A DNA stretch of 64,000 nt from Candidatus Microgenomates bacterium. GTDB taxonomy: Bacteria; Patescibacteriota; Microgenomatia; UBA8517. This document shows positions 1 through 10,191 of this stretch, in pieces (positions within the stretch are counted from its first letter, which is position 1; every line of letters begins with the position of its first letter). The translations under genes were made by a program, and so were the position numbers. The notes beneath the pieces were generated by a model that saw only the letters and a program-made list of their open reading frames with translations, was not told the DNA's origin and ran no database searches. The stretch covers positions 391,009 to 455,008 of the forward strand of contig JBEKNE010000001.1 of assembly GCA_049523135.1 (NCBI GenBank), written 5' to 3'.

Positions 1-936
1 GCTTTTATCTACGGGGTCGGAGAGCACTATCTTCATTTTCCGGTGATTATTACTCAAAATGACGAATATTCAAAAGGAATTGCTCTTTTTTGGATTCCCG
101 GAAGCAATACCAACTCAACTTTTGCTGGCCAATATGACCTGGCCGGCTTTATGATCATGACAATCCCGATATTTCTGTCGATGTATTTTATTTTGAAAGA
201 AAAGCTGATTAAACTTATCACTATTATTGTGTCGGGAACTGGATTATGGCTTCTAATCAATTCTGTTTCAAGGATTGCTCAAATATCATATGTTTTGGCG
301 GTTTCAGTTTCTCTACTGCTTCTCCGTAAATTCAAGGGTTTGGCAGTAGTGCTCCTGATAAGTATACTTTTTATGGTAAGTTCGGGAGGGCTTGAAACCA
401 GATTCAAAAGCGCCGTAAATGTTATATATCAGCGTATTTCGGTAAGTAAGACTGTCAGTTATGTTCAAGGGCACTTTATCGCTTTGGCAGAGAGTACTGC
501 CAGTCCGTCTCCAACACCCACAATCTCATCAATCATCAACGATGTATCAATTGCAATTCGCCTAAATGTTGAATGGCCAAGAGCTGCCCGGGCGATTATT
601 AAGAATCCGCTTCTTGGAACAGGATATTCTTCTATCGGTTTGGCAACAGATAATGATTATTTGAGAATGTTGGGGGAGACGGGGATATTGGGGACTTTGG
701 CTTTTGCATTAATATTTTTCAGAATCGGACAGATTATTGCTGAAGCATTTCCATTTCGATCAAAATTTACAGGTTTAGAGCTGGCCTTTATTGTGGGAAT
801 TATCGGAGCATCTTTAGGGACTTTTATTATGGCAACTTTCATTGATTTGTTTGAAGCTTCTAAATTTGCCACAATATTTTGGCTTCTCTTAGGATGTGCT
901 GTAAGCGTGGTAAAAAGTAAAGAATATGCAAAATAA
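1..936 (+). CDS. O-antigen ligase/Wzy_C-like polytopic membrane protein, 5'-truncated by the window edge (frame open to nt 1)
   Basis: Frame has no stop back to position 1. C-terminal region WPRAARAIIKNPLLGTGYSSIGL...LGETGILG resembles the O-antigen ligase (Wzy_C) loop motif. Multiple hydrophobic helices. Confidence 0.5.
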   Translation, partial: AFIYGVGEHYLHFPVIITQNDEYSKGIALFWIPGSNTNSTFAGQYDLAGFMIMTIPIFLSMYFILKEKLIKLITIIVSGTGLWLLINSVSRIAQISYVLAVSVSLLLLRKFKGLAVVLLISILFMVSSGGLETRFKSAVNVIYQRISVSKTVSYVQGHFIALAESTASPSPTPTISSIINDVSIAIRLNVEWPRAARAIIKNPLLGTGYSSIGLATDNDYLRMLGETGILGTLAFALIFFRIGQIIAEAFPFRSKFTGLELAFIVGIIGASLGTFIMATFIDLFEASKFATIFWLLLGCAVSVVKSKEYAK

Positions 937-2407
937 ATTTACTCATTTTATTAACTCGAAAATTTTTGAGTATATTTTGTTATCGTTCATCCTAATTTTA
1001 GGATTTTCTGTTAGGTTATATAAGATAGGAAATCCCATTGCCGATTGGCATTCCTGGCGGCAGGCAGATACTGCTTCCGTCAGCAGGGTTTATATACAAC
1101 AAGGAATTAATCTTTTAATACCCCGTTATCATGATATTTCCAGTGTTCAGACGGGTTTTTTTAATCCAAATGGATATAGAATGGTGGAATTTCCTTTTTA
1201 TAACGCACTTAACGCACTGCTTTTTAATGCATCCCATGTTTTTTCCCTTGAAGTCTGGGCAAGACTTATCACTATTTTTTGCGCACTTGTGACTTCATTT
1301 TTTCTTTATTTAATCGGCAGAAGTATTTCTAGTAAATGGGTTGGGGTAATGGCTGCCTTTTTTTACCTTTTTATTCCTTACAATATTTACTTTACACGAG
1401 TTATATTACCGGATCCCATGGGAGTGATGTTTGGAGTAATTTCTATCTGGGCATTTTTGGAGTTTTACATACATGATGAAAAATATCTTCCTTATGTCTC
1501 CGCAATTTTCTTTGGTTTGGCGATGCTTATAAAGCCATATTTGGGTTTTTATCTTTTTCCGATTATTTATTTGGCTATCAGGAAATATGGTCTAAAGTCA
1601 TTTCTTAAAAATAAGAATCTTATTTTCGGAGCTTTGATTTATTTAATTCTGGCCTTTGTTCCATTTTTCCTTTGGAGAGCTTGGGAATCCAAATTTCCTG
1701 AAGGCATTCCTTTTTATATATGGGCATTTAATGGGGATCTTATTCGTTTTAAACCTTCGTGGTGGTATTGGATTTTTGGTGAACGTTTAGGGCAGCTCAT
1801 TTTGGGATCCTTGGGATTAATACCTTTTATTTTTGGTGTTTTTAATACAAAAGTAAAAAATCTTTTTGTTCAATGGTTTTTGGCAGGAGCGCTTTTTTAT
1901 GTAGTTGTTGTTGCGGATGCAAATGTTATGCACGATTATTACCAGATATTGATTATTCCGGCAGTTTCTTTAGCTCTTGCCGCCGGATCGTTTTATCTTT
2001 GGACCCAGACAAATTTTAATAGGATTCTTACCAGAATTGTTCTTGTTATATCTATCGGTGTAATGCTTATTACAGGTTGGAATCAAATTGTGGGAGACTA
2101 TGCTATCAATCACCCTGAGATTATTGAAGCAGGGAAAGAGGTTGACAAGATTACTCCCAAAAATGCCCTTGTTGTTGCGCCCTATGATGGAGATACCGCA
2201 TTTTTGTATCAAACCGACCGGTGGGGCTGGCCGGCACTCGATAATTCCATCGATAATATCATTAAGGAAGGCGCCAGTTATTATGTATCTGTTGATTTAG
2301 GTAGCAGTGACACAAAAATGATTGAATCACGCTTCAAAACGGTTGAGAAAACAGATAAGTTTATAATTATTAATCTGTTACAGCCTTTGTCTGTCAAAAC
2401 AAAATGA
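926..2407 (+). CDS. GT-C superfamily integral-membrane glycosyltransferase (COG1807 PMT/ArnT-like)
   Basis: 493 aa with about 10 TM helices. N-terminal periplasmic-loop region with conserved W/D/R residues (ADWHSWRQADTASV) as in PMT/ArnT-type GT-C enzymes. Sits in the glycan locus. Confidence 0.5.
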   Translation: MQNKFTHFINSKIFEYILLSFILILGFSVRLYKIGNPIADWHSWRQADTASVSRVYIQQGINLLIPRYHDISSVQTGFFNPNGYRMVEFPFYNALNALLFNASHVFSLEVWARLITIFCALVTSFFLYLIGRSISSKWVGVMAAFFYLFIPYNIYFTRVILPDPMGVMFGVISIWAFLEFYIHDEKYLPYVSAIFFGLAMLIKPYLGFYLFPIIYLAIRKYGLKSFLKNKNLIFGALIYLILAFVPFFLWRAWESKFPEGIPFYIWAFNGDLIRFKPSWWYWIFGERLGQLILGSLGLIPFIFGVFNTKVKNLFVQWFLAGALFYVVVVADANVMHDYYQILIIPAVSLALAAGSFYLWTQTNFNRILTRIVLVISIGVMLITGWNQIVGDYAINHPEIIEAGKEVDKITPKNALVVAPYDGDTAFLYQTDRWGWPALDNSIDNIIKEGASYYVSVDLGSSDTKMIESRFKTVEKTDKFIIINLLQPLSVKTK

Positions 2408-3618
2408 AAATATTGATGCTTACTCCGTACTTGCCTTTTCCGGATTCTTCCGGTGGGCAAATCCGTTCATATAATTTAATAAAGGATTTAAGTAAGAAAC
2501 ACGACATTGTACTTTTTTCTTTAATCAAAGACGATTCGGAAAGAAGATTTATTCCCGAGTTGACTAAATATTGTTCAAAGGTTGAGGTATTTAAACGCTC
2601 AAAATCCCCATGGACTCTAAGGAATATATTCCTGACTGGATTTGGACCTTATCCCTTTTTGGTAATACGCAATCTTTCGCCTCAGGAAAGTAATGCCGTT
2701 CAGGAGGAAATAAATAATGTTCATTACGATTTAATTCATGCGGAAACTTTTTACGTAATGCCGCATATTCCTAAAACAAATGTTCCTATTCTTTTGGTTG
2801 AACAGACGATTGAATATTTGGTTTACAAGCATTATGTAGAGGGACTAAAGAATTTTTTGGTTAAATGGCTATTTTCAATTGATGTTGCGAAGTTGCGTCT
2901 GTGGGAAACAAGATTTTGGAAAAAAGCGGATAGGGTTGTTGCCGTTTCCGAATCCGATAAAGAAGAAATGCTAAAGCTGGTCCCGGGTCTTGAGGTTAAT
3001 TTGGTGCCGAACGGAGTAAATCTTAGTTTTTTTAAAGAGAAGAAGAGTTGGAATTCTAAAGATCCAAAAATACTTTTCATTGCAAATTTTAAGTGGCTGC
3101 AAAACGTTGAGGCAGCAGAACTTCTTCTAGATGAAGTTTTCCCGTTGATTTATAAGAAAAGACCAGATGCTAAAGTCTGGATTGTTGGTCAGCATGTGCC
3201 CGAGGAGATTTTAAGGCATAAATCGAGTAGTGTAATTGTTGACGATCTAAAGGAAGATGATCAGGAAGGAATAAGAAAAGCCTACTACGAATCTTCTGTT
3301 TTTGTCTCACCTCTAAGGGGACCGGGCGGGACGCGTCTTAAGCATCTGGCGGCTATGGCGGCCAAGTTACCTCTTGTAACCACATCAGTTGGGGCTGAAG
3401 GCTTGGAAGCCCATGACGGGAAAGAAGTAATTATCAGGAATGATCCTGCTAAAATGGCACAAGCGGTTTTGGAAGTACTTGGGGATGCCAAGCTCGCGGA
3501 AAGGATTGCAGTTAATGCAAGGAACTTGGTTGAGGAAAAATTCAGTTGGTACAAAATGAGCGAGTATTTGGACAAAATATATCAAAAGACAGGAAATTCA
3601 AATGAAAATACTAATTGA
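2404..3618 (+). CDS. GT4 family glycosyltransferase
   Basis: N-terminus MKILMLTPYLPFPDSSGGQIR is typical of GT4 (GT-B fold). C-terminal E-x7-E-type region. Start overlaps the upstream stop by 4 nt. Confidence 0.7.
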   Translation: MKILMLTPYLPFPDSSGGQIRSYNLIKDLSKKHDIVLFSLIKDDSERRFIPELTKYCSKVEVFKRSKSPWTLRNIFLTGFGPYPFLVIRNLSPQESNAVQEEINNVHYDLIHAETFYVMPHIPKTNVPILLVEQTIEYLVYKHYVEGLKNFLVKWLFSIDVAKLRLWETRFWKKADRVVAVSESDKEEMLKLVPGLEVNLVPNGVNLSFFKEKKSWNSKDPKILFIANFKWLQNVEAAELLLDEVFPLIYKKRPDAKVWIVGQHVPEEILRHKSSSVIVDDLKEDDQEGIRKAYYESSVFVSPLRGPGGTRLKHLAAMAAKLPLVTTSVGAEGLEAHDGKEVIIRNDPAKMAQAVLEVLGDAKLAERIAVNARNLVEEKFSWYKMSEYLDKIYQKTGNSNENTN

Positions 3619-4723
3619 TGCACGCCTTTATGGATTGGAGAATGCGGGTCTTGGCAGATATTTAATTAATCTGGTTGGCGAGTTAACAAAACTGGATTCC
3701 AAAAATAGTTATGTGATTCTTCTTAGAAGAAAATATTTCGGAGAGTTAAAGCTTCCCGATAATTGGAAAAAGGTTGAGGCTGACTATCGGCATTATAGTT
3801 TGGCAGAGCAACTTAAACTCCCCGGAATTATCAAAAAAGAAAAACCTGATTTGGTGCATTTTCCTCATTTTAATGTTCCTGTTTTTTTCCACGGAAAATA
3901 TATTGTTACGATTCACGACATGCTGATGCATTCAAGTATCGGCCTTGATGCCACAACTCTTCCGGCCCCAGCATATTTTCTGAAAAGATTGGGTTACAGA
4001 TTCGTATTTGATAATGCCGTGAAACATGCCCTGAAGGTTATAGTTCCAAGCGAATCGGTCAAAAATGAATTAGTAAAGTTTTATAAATTACCTGAAAATA
4101 AAATTCTGGTTACTTATGAAGGAGTGGATGTGAAAATTAAAGGCGGAATAAATAATAATATGCAAAAGCCCTACTTTGTTTATACGGGGAATGCTTATCC
4201 GCATAAAAATCTGAAAGGATTAATCGAAGCAATAGTTATATTGAATAAAAATAATGTTCAACCTGTAAGTTTGGCAATTGTGTCATCGAGGGGAATTTTT
4301 ACTCAGAGACTCGAAAAGACTATCAGAAGTAAGAAAGCCGGTAATTTTGTCAAGCTTCTTGGTTTTGTTCCCGACGATAAACTTTTTACGCTATTGAAAA
4401 ATTCTGTTGGGTTTGTATTTCCATCTATTTCTGAAGGATTTGGCTTGCCGGGACTGGAAGCAATGTCGGTAGGGTCTTTAGTTCTCGCTTCCGATATTCC
4501 TGTATTTAAAGAAATATATAAAAACAATGCGGCTTATTTTAACCCCTTTGATTCGAATTCAATTAAAAATGCCATGGAAAATGTGCTGCATATGAATGAA
4601 ATTGAAAGAGAAAAAAAGATAGATATGGCAAAGGATTTTGTAAAACAATATTCGTGGGCTAAAATGGCAAAACAAACATTAGATTTATATGAAAGTTGCA
4701 ATAGTATACGATCGGGTAAATAA
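3602..4723 (+). CDS. GT4 family glycosyltransferase
   Basis: EGFGLPGLEAMSVGSLVLASDIPVFKEIY matches the GT4 catalytic-domain signature. Confidence 0.7.
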   Translation: MKILIDARLYGLENAGLGRYLINLVGELTKLDSKNSYVILLRRKYFGELKLPDNWKKVEADYRHYSLAEQLKLPGIIKKEKPDLVHFPHFNVPVFFHGKYIVTIHDMLMHSSIGLDATTLPAPAYFLKRLGYRFVFDNAVKHALKVIVPSESVKNELVKFYKLPENKILVTYEGVDVKIKGGINNNMQKPYFVYTGNAYPHKNLKGLIEAIVILNKNNVQPVSLAIVSSRGIFTQRLEKTIRSKKAGNFVKLLGFVPDDKLFTLLKNSVGFVFPSISEGFGLPGLEAMSVGSLVLASDIPVFKEIYKNNAAYFNPFDSNSIKNAMENVLHMNEIEREKKIDMAKDFVKQYSWAKMAKQTLDLYESCNSIRSGK

Positions 4724-5816
4724 ATGGGGAGGAGCGGAACGTGTTCTCCTTGCGCTTCATGATATTTTTCCTAAGGCTACGCTTTACACGTCAGTTTATG
4801 ATCCCGTTGGGGCAACCTGGGCGAGAGTTTTTCCTAAAGTAAAAGCTTCATTTTTGCAAAAAATTCCTTTTGCCAAGTCTAATCATGAATTTTTTGCATT
4901 TCTGATGCCATTGGCTTTTGAGTCATTTGATTTTTCTGATTTTGATCTTGTAATTTCTGTTACATCGGAATTTGCTAAAGGAATCAGAGTAAAACCAGGA
5001 ACTACCCATATTTGTTATTGTCTTACGCCAACCCGCTATCTATGGAGCGGTTACGAAGATTACTTTAAGAATCCATTTTTAAAAACCATTACAAAGCCAG
5101 TTGTTTCCGCTTTGAGGAGATGGGATAGGAAAGCAGCCGAGCGCCCCGATAAAATTATTGCAATTTCATCGGAGGTAAAAAAAAGAATTAAAAAATATTA
5201 TGGTAGAGAATCGAAAACCATTTTTCCTCCAGTGTCTATAAAGCCTTTGCCTAAAGAACTGAAATTAAAAGAGTATTATTTACTTGTAAGTCGGCTGGAT
5301 TATGGTTATAAGAAAGTTGAGTTGGCCATTAAGGTATTTAATAAACTTGGTTATCCGCTGGTTATTGTCGGAACGGGGCGGCAGGAAGGCAAACTTAAAA
5401 AACTTGCGAAGAAAAATATCAAATTTGTCGGCAGGGTCAGTGAAGAAAAGCTTCAGGATTATTATCTTGGAGCAAAAGCCTTAATAATGCCTCAGGAAGA
5501 AGACTTTGGGATTGTATCAATCGAAGCACAAAGTTACGGAGTTCCCGTCATCGCATATAAAAAGGGTGGAGCTCTCGATACGGTAATTAATAAGAAGACT
5601 GGTATATTTTTTGAAAAACAAGATGTTGAAAGTTTAATGCAGGCTATCAAAAATTTTGCTAAAATTCATTTTAGTGAGAGAATATTAACTAACAATGCTG
5701 AAAGATTTTCTTTCAAGGTTTTCAAAAACGAGTTACAAAGATCACTTGTATGCTCTAATACTGGCGGGCGGGGGGGGAACACGCCTTTGGCCAAGATCCA
5801 GACAAAAAACTCCTAA
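4689..5816 (+). CDS. GT4 family glycosyltransferase. Its 3' end overlaps manC by at least 71 nt.
   Basis: MKVAIVYDRVNKWGGAERVLL N-terminus and EDFGIVSIEAQSYGVPVIAY motif. The C-terminal tail runs through the G8 tract with no in-frame stop until 5816. Confidence 0.65.
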   Translation: MKVAIVYDRVNKWGGAERVLLALHDIFPKATLYTSVYDPVGATWARVFPKVKASFLQKIPFAKSNHEFFAFLMPLAFESFDFSDFDLVISVTSEFAKGIRVKPGTTHICYCLTPTRYLWSGYEDYFKNPFLKTITKPVVSALRRWDRKAAERPDKIIAISSEVKKRIKKYYGRESKTIFPPVSIKPLPKELKLKEYYLLVSRLDYGYKKVELAIKVFNKLGYPLVIVGTGRQEGKLKKLAKKNIKFVGRVSEEKLQDYYLGAKALIMPQEEDFGIVSIEAQSYGVPVIAYKKGGALDTVINKKTGIFFEKQDVESLMQAIKNFAKIHFSERILTNNAERFSFKVFKNELQRSLVCSNTGGRGGNTPLAKIQTKNS

Positions 5817-6837
5817 ACAGTTTTTAAAGCTTTTTGATAACCAGACACTGACTCAGGTAGCCGTTAATCGGTTTACGGAAATTCTTCCGATGGAGAGAAT
5901 CTTTATTGTTACGGTGTCGGAAGATTATAAGCGTGAAATTATAAAAGAAATTCCAAAGTTTCTTAAGGAAAATATTATTGTTGAGCCGGCAAGACGCGAA
6001 ACAGGTCCCGCTCACGCACTCGGAGCTCTTTTTATCGAGTCTAAGGATCCTGACGCAGTTATTATGACCGAGTCTGCAGATAGACTTGTTAAGCCGGTTT
6101 CCAGATATCTTGAAACTCTTTCAACTGCTGCCAAAGTTGCTTACGAAAAACACGTTCTTATTGCAATGGGTGTTGAACCAAGATACCCCCATACGGGACT
6201 TGGCCACATTAAAAAAGGAACTAAGTTGAATTTGGAGAAAAACGTTGATTTTTATAAGCTTGAGCAGTTTGTTGAGAAGCCTCCTTTGGACCTTGCTAAG
6301 AAATATACCGCTTCCGGAAAATATCTTTGGAATGCAGGACAGTATGTTTGGAGGGCCGACGATTTATTGAATGCCTATAAAGTACATAAGCCGGAAATTT
6401 ATAAAAATCTTCAGGAAATCAAACCACATCTCGGAAAGTCCGATGAAGCCAAGTTTTTTGTCTCGGAATATAAAAAAATGCCCTCGATTTCGGTTGACTA
6501 TGCCATTTCCGAAAAAGAGAAGAATTTTTATGTTGTTGCAGGCGATTTCTTTTGGACCGATATAGGTGATTGGAGAGAAGTTTGGGCAAATTCTAAAAAA
6601 GACAGTAAAAGCAATGTTATTATTTCAGGAGATGAACCGGGTGGGGAGGTAATGGTATTTGATACTACGGATAGCTTAATTCACTCCGACGGCAGAATGA
6701 TATCGGTAGTAGGGCTTGATAATATTGTAATAGTTGACACGAAAGATGCTCTTTTGGTTTGTTCCAAAAGCCACGCACAGAGTGTAAAGAAGATAGTTGA
6801 AAAATTGAAAGAGGACAAGCGAACAAGCCTTCTCTAA
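5695..6837 (+). CDS. manC: Mannose-1-phosphate guanylyltransferase (GDP-mannose pyrophosphorylase). The true start is possibly the TTG at 5746.
   Basis: ALILAGGGGTRLWPRSRQKTPKQF nucleotide-binding loop and overall ManC/GMP architecture. Starting at 5746 gives MYALILAGG, the typical ManC N-terminus. Confidence 0.75.
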   Translation: MLKDFLSRFSKTSYKDHLYALILAGGGGTRLWPRSRQKTPKQFLKLFDNQTLTQVAVNRFTEILPMERIFIVTVSEDYKREIIKEIPKFLKENIIVEPARRETGPAHALGALFIESKDPDAVIMTESADRLVKPVSRYLETLSTAAKVAYEKHVLIAMGVEPRYPHTGLGHIKKGTKLNLEKNVDFYKLEQFVEKPPLDLAKKYTASGKYLWNAGQYVWRADDLLNAYKVHKPEIYKNLQEIKPHLGKSDEAKFFVSEYKKMPSISVDYAISEKEKNFYVVAGDFFWTDIGDWREVWANSKKDSKSNVIISGDEPGGEVMVFDTTDSLIHSDGRMISVVGLDNIVIVDTKDALLVCSKSHAQSVKKIVEKLKEDKRTSLL

Positions 6838-6843
6838 TTTTTT

Positions 6844-7494
6844 ATGTTTTACGACTTTATTAAAAGAGCTATGGATATTGTCCTTTCAGTAATTTTAATA
6901 GTTCTTTTTTCTCCGATAATGCTTCTTACCGCAATTATTATCAAAATTACATCTCCCGGGCCGGTTCTGGTTGAAAAGACAAATATCCATATGAAACGTA
7001 TTGGGAAAAATGGAAGAGTGTTCCGTCTCTATAAATTTAGATCAATGCCTGTTAATGCCGACTACCTTTTGACCAAAGATCCGAGATTTAAAAAACTTTA
7101 CAGTGAATACAAGAGATCCAGTTTCAAGCTTCATGAAGACCCGCGTGTTACCAAATTCGGGAGATTTATAAGAAAATATTCCATAGATGAAATGCCACAG
7201 CTTTTTAATGTTTTAAAAGGGGAAATGAGCCTTGTTGGGCCTCGCCCTTATCATGCTGATGAGATTGAGGAGCAACAAAAAAGGTACCCCGGAACTCATA
7301 GATTTGTAATAGAGACACAAACCGTTAAACCGGGCATTACCGGGTTTTGGCAGGTAATGGGTAGAAGCAATATTAATTTTGATAAAAGGATAGAAATGGA
7401 TGCCAATTATGCAAAAAAGAAATCGATATGGGTGGATATAAAGATAATCATTAAAACTCCAATTGCAATGATTAGCGGTGTCGGAGCCGTGTAA
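6844..7494 (+). CDS. Bacterial sugar transferase: polyprenyl-phosphate hexose-1-phosphate (priming) transferase, WbaP/PglC-like small PGT
   Basis: Single N-terminal TM helix. Signature FRLYKFRSM ... DEMPQLFNVLKGEMSLVGPRP from PF02397. Confidence 0.8.
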   Translation: MFYDFIKRAMDIVLSVILIVLFSPIMLLTAIIIKITSPGPVLVEKTNIHMKRIGKNGRVFRLYKFRSMPVNADYLLTKDPRFKKLYSEYKRSSFKLHEDPRVTKFGRFIRKYSIDEMPQLFNVLKGEMSLVGPRPYHADEIEEQQKRYPGTHRFVIETQTVKPGITGFWQVMGRSNINFDKRIEMDANYAKKKSIWVDIKIIIKTPIAMISGVGAV

Positions 7495-7505
7495 TTTGTT
7501 GTATT

Positions 7506-9575
7506 ATGAATAATATGCCTGACGACAATACCTCTTTGCCCAAAATTAATCTGGATACCGGTAGTGAAACCGGAAAAGAAAATACTTCCATTCTGGTTCC
7601 TAAAATTGATACCAGGCCGGAGGATATAGAGACAAAACCTCCCCAGCCTGCAAAGGTTTCAAACGATCCTCCAATAAAAATAAAAAAGAACGATAAGAAA
7701 AAATATATTTGGTTCGGAGCTGCCGGTGTAGTTATTGTCTTTTTGATTTACAATCTTATTTCCTTCTTTTTGCTTTATCAAAAAGGAATGAAACTTTTGG
7801 CAAGTGTAAATCAACTTGTTACTGTTTCTAAATCTCAGGATTTATCCCAAATAAAAACAGGGATTGATAATACAAAAGTTTCCTTGAATTCCTTAAGTTC
7901 TATCTATAAATTAGTAGGCTGGGAAAAATTCTTACCCTTTGCGGGAACTTATATTGCAGACGTGGGGCATGGGATTAAGGCGGGACAGGCGGGAATAGAT
8001 GCTGGTGACACCGTTTTGACGGTAATTGAGCCATATGCGGATTTACTGGGCTTTAAAGAGGATTCAACTACAAACGTTTTGGCTGCCGCTACGGGAACCC
8101 AAACTACACAGGACAGAATTGATTTTGTAGTTAAGACTATTCCGGATCTTTTACCGAAGATTGATTCAATTTCGGCTGATGTAAAAATAATTAATGATGA
8201 GCTTTCTCAGGTAAATCCGGACAGATACCCCGATACTTTTAAGGGGATTCAGGTTAAATCTCAAATAAAGAATGTACAGAGTCTGGTTAGCGAAGCATCA
8301 ACCTTTATTGTTAACGGCAAGCCGTTCTTGCAGTCGGCCCCGTATCTTTTGGGGATGGATTCCCCGAGGACCTACATGATTCTTTTCCAAAACGATAAGG
8401 AGCTTCGTCCTACTGGAGGATTTATGACCGCTTATGCAATTATGAAGGTAGATAAAGCTAAATTTACTCCCGTAACGAGTGACGATATTTATTCACTTGA
8501 TGCAAAATATACCCCGACCATTACCGCACCTCAGCCGATTATTGATTACATCCAAGGTCCGTATGCCCTGTCTCCGAAGTGGAGGTTAAGAGACATGAAT
8601 TGGTCTCCGGATTTTGCCACCGCAATGGAGCTGGTTGTTCCGGCGGCGGAAAAGGCTGGTGTTACCAAAATTGACGGCGTGATATCTGTAGATACGCAGC
8701 TACTGGTAAACCTGCTGAATGTCATAGGCCCAATAGGTGTACCCGGATTTGGCAACTTCAGTACGGCAATTAACCCCCAATGTAATTGTGCAGATGTTAT
8801 TTATCAGCTGGAATCTTTTGCCGATGTCGAAGGTGCTGTTATTTGGAGTCCTACAACTGGTAAGATTATTTCCGCGCCTGCAAACTATAACAACAGAAAA
8901 GCAATAATAGGTCCCTTAATGAACTCTATTATGGCAAATGCTTTGGGGCAGCCAAAAAATAAACTCTCCGGTCTCGTACAGGCTGTTTTTACATCTTTGA
9001 TAGAAAAACATGTTCTATTTTATATGATAGATCCGAATGTTGAGAAAGCCGTTTCGGATTTTGGAGTGGGAGGAGCGATCGATCAAACTTTTACCAGGGA
9101 CTATCTTCATATAAATGACGCGAATCTTGGAGGACGTAAATCCAATCTCTATGCCACCGAAGACGTAGAGCAGGATATTCAGGTTGCGGGCGACGGAAGC
9201 GTTACAAAGACGGTTACGATTACTTATAAGAATCCTCAAGGTCAGGATGGCTGGCTTAACTCGGTTCTTCCGACTTGGGTTAGAGTTTATGTTCCCCAAG
9301 GAAGCACATTAATCACTTCCGAAGGCCTTGAAGCAAAAGCCGATCCTTATGAAGATTTAGGAAAAACCGTATTTGCGGGTTATTTTCAACTTCGTCCTGA
9401 AGGTGTTGCCAAGATTACGTTCCAATATAAATTGCCGTTCAAAGTATCAAAGGATTATAAACTTCTTATTCAGAAACAACCGGGAACTGACGGATTTTTG
9501 TATACCGTAAATCTTGGCAAATATTCGGATGAATTTTATTTAAAAACGGATAAGCAACTTGATATAGGAATTTAG
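7506..9575 (+). CDS. Large N-terminally membrane-anchored extracytoplasmic protein, DUF4012-like
   Basis: 689 aa. TM helix at about residues 67-90 after a charged N-terminal tail. Architecture and neighbourhood (next to the priming PGT) are typical of DUF4012 proteins. I could not check domain identity. Confidence 0.4.
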   Translation: MNNMPDDNTSLPKINLDTGSETGKENTSILVPKIDTRPEDIETKPPQPAKVSNDPPIKIKKNDKKKYIWFGAAGVVIVFLIYNLISFFLLYQKGMKLLASVNQLVTVSKSQDLSQIKTGIDNTKVSLNSLSSIYKLVGWEKFLPFAGTYIADVGHGIKAGQAGIDAGDTVLTVIEPYADLLGFKEDSTTNVLAAATGTQTTQDRIDFVVKTIPDLLPKIDSISADVKIINDELSQVNPDRYPDTFKGIQVKSQIKNVQSLVSEASTFIVNGKPFLQSAPYLLGMDSPRTYMILFQNDKELRPTGGFMTAYAIMKVDKAKFTPVTSDDIYSLDAKYTPTITAPQPIIDYIQGPYALSPKWRLRDMNWSPDFATAMELVVPAAEKAGVTKIDGVISVDTQLLVNLLNVIGPIGVPGFGNFSTAINPQCNCADVIYQLESFADVEGAVIWSPTTGKIISAPANYNNRKAIIGPLMNSIMANALGQPKNKLSGLVQAVFTSLIEKHVLFYMIDPNVEKAVSDFGVGGAIDQTFTRDYLHINDANLGGRKSNLYATEDVEQDIQVAGDGSVTKTVTITYKNPQGQDGWLNSVLPTWVRVYVPQGSTLITSEGLEAKADPYEDLGKTVFAGYFQLRPEGVAKITFQYKLPFKVSKDYKLLIQKQPGTDGFLYTVNLGKYSDEFYLKTDKQLDIGI

Positions 9576-9581
9576 TATAAT
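9576..9581 (+). promoter_or_regulatory. TATAAT -10 hexamer, 6 nt upstream of the recO ATG (leaderless-type)
   Basis: tagTATAATgcctcaATG. The hexamer lies immediately after the upstream stop codon. Confidence 0.35.
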
Positions 9582-9587
9582 GCCTCA

Positions 9588-10136
9588 ATGAAGCCTCGAG
9601 CTTACACTTCGGAAGGAATAATTCTTGCGAAAAGAAATTATGGAGAAGCGGACCGAATAATTTCAATTTTCGGCAAGGATATTGGCAGAAAATCCCTGAT
9701 AGCCAAAGGGGTAAGACGTCCCAGAAGTCGGAAAAGAGGGCATATTGAGGTATTCAATAAGGTCAGATTTCAAGCAGTTACCGGTAGGGGACTCGATATA
9801 ATGACCGAAGTCGAGGTGGTTGATGACTTCAAGGACGTAAGGAAAAGTCTTAAAAAGATATCTCTGGCATATTATTTCATGGAGGTAATCGGAAAAATTA
9901 CCCATGAAGGTGAGGGAAATTTGGGTGTTTATGAGCTTTTGGTCGGTTCTTTGGAAAAATTGAAAACCGCAAAACTTCTTAAAAAACTTCGTTTGGAGTT
10001 TATAGTTACCTTGATAACTATTTTAGGTTACTGGCCTGAAAATAAGGTATTACCAAATCCTGATGAAGAGTTGGAGGAAATTATTGAGAGGCAAATATAT
10101 TCAAAGAGAGTTGGAAAAAGAATGATTGAGGATTAA
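9588..10136 (+). CDS. recO: DNA repair protein RecO (short form, no Zn-finger)
   Basis: N-terminal OB-fold region EGIILAKRNYGEADRIISIFGKDIGRKSLIAKGVRR matches the RecO N-domain. No cysteines, so it lacks the zinc-binding motif. Confidence 0.6.
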   Translation: MKPRAYTSEGIILAKRNYGEADRIISIFGKDIGRKSLIAKGVRRPRSRKRGHIEVFNKVRFQAVTGRGLDIMTEVEVVDDFKDVRKSLKKISLAYYFMEVIGKITHEGEGNLGVYELLVGSLEKLKTAKLLKKLRLEFIVTLITILGYWPENKVLPNPDEELEEIIERQIYSKRVGKRMIED

Positions 10137-10191
10137 AACCCTGTAGTCAAAGGGCAAACTGGATTGTAAAATAGAATTACAAATTAAACAA

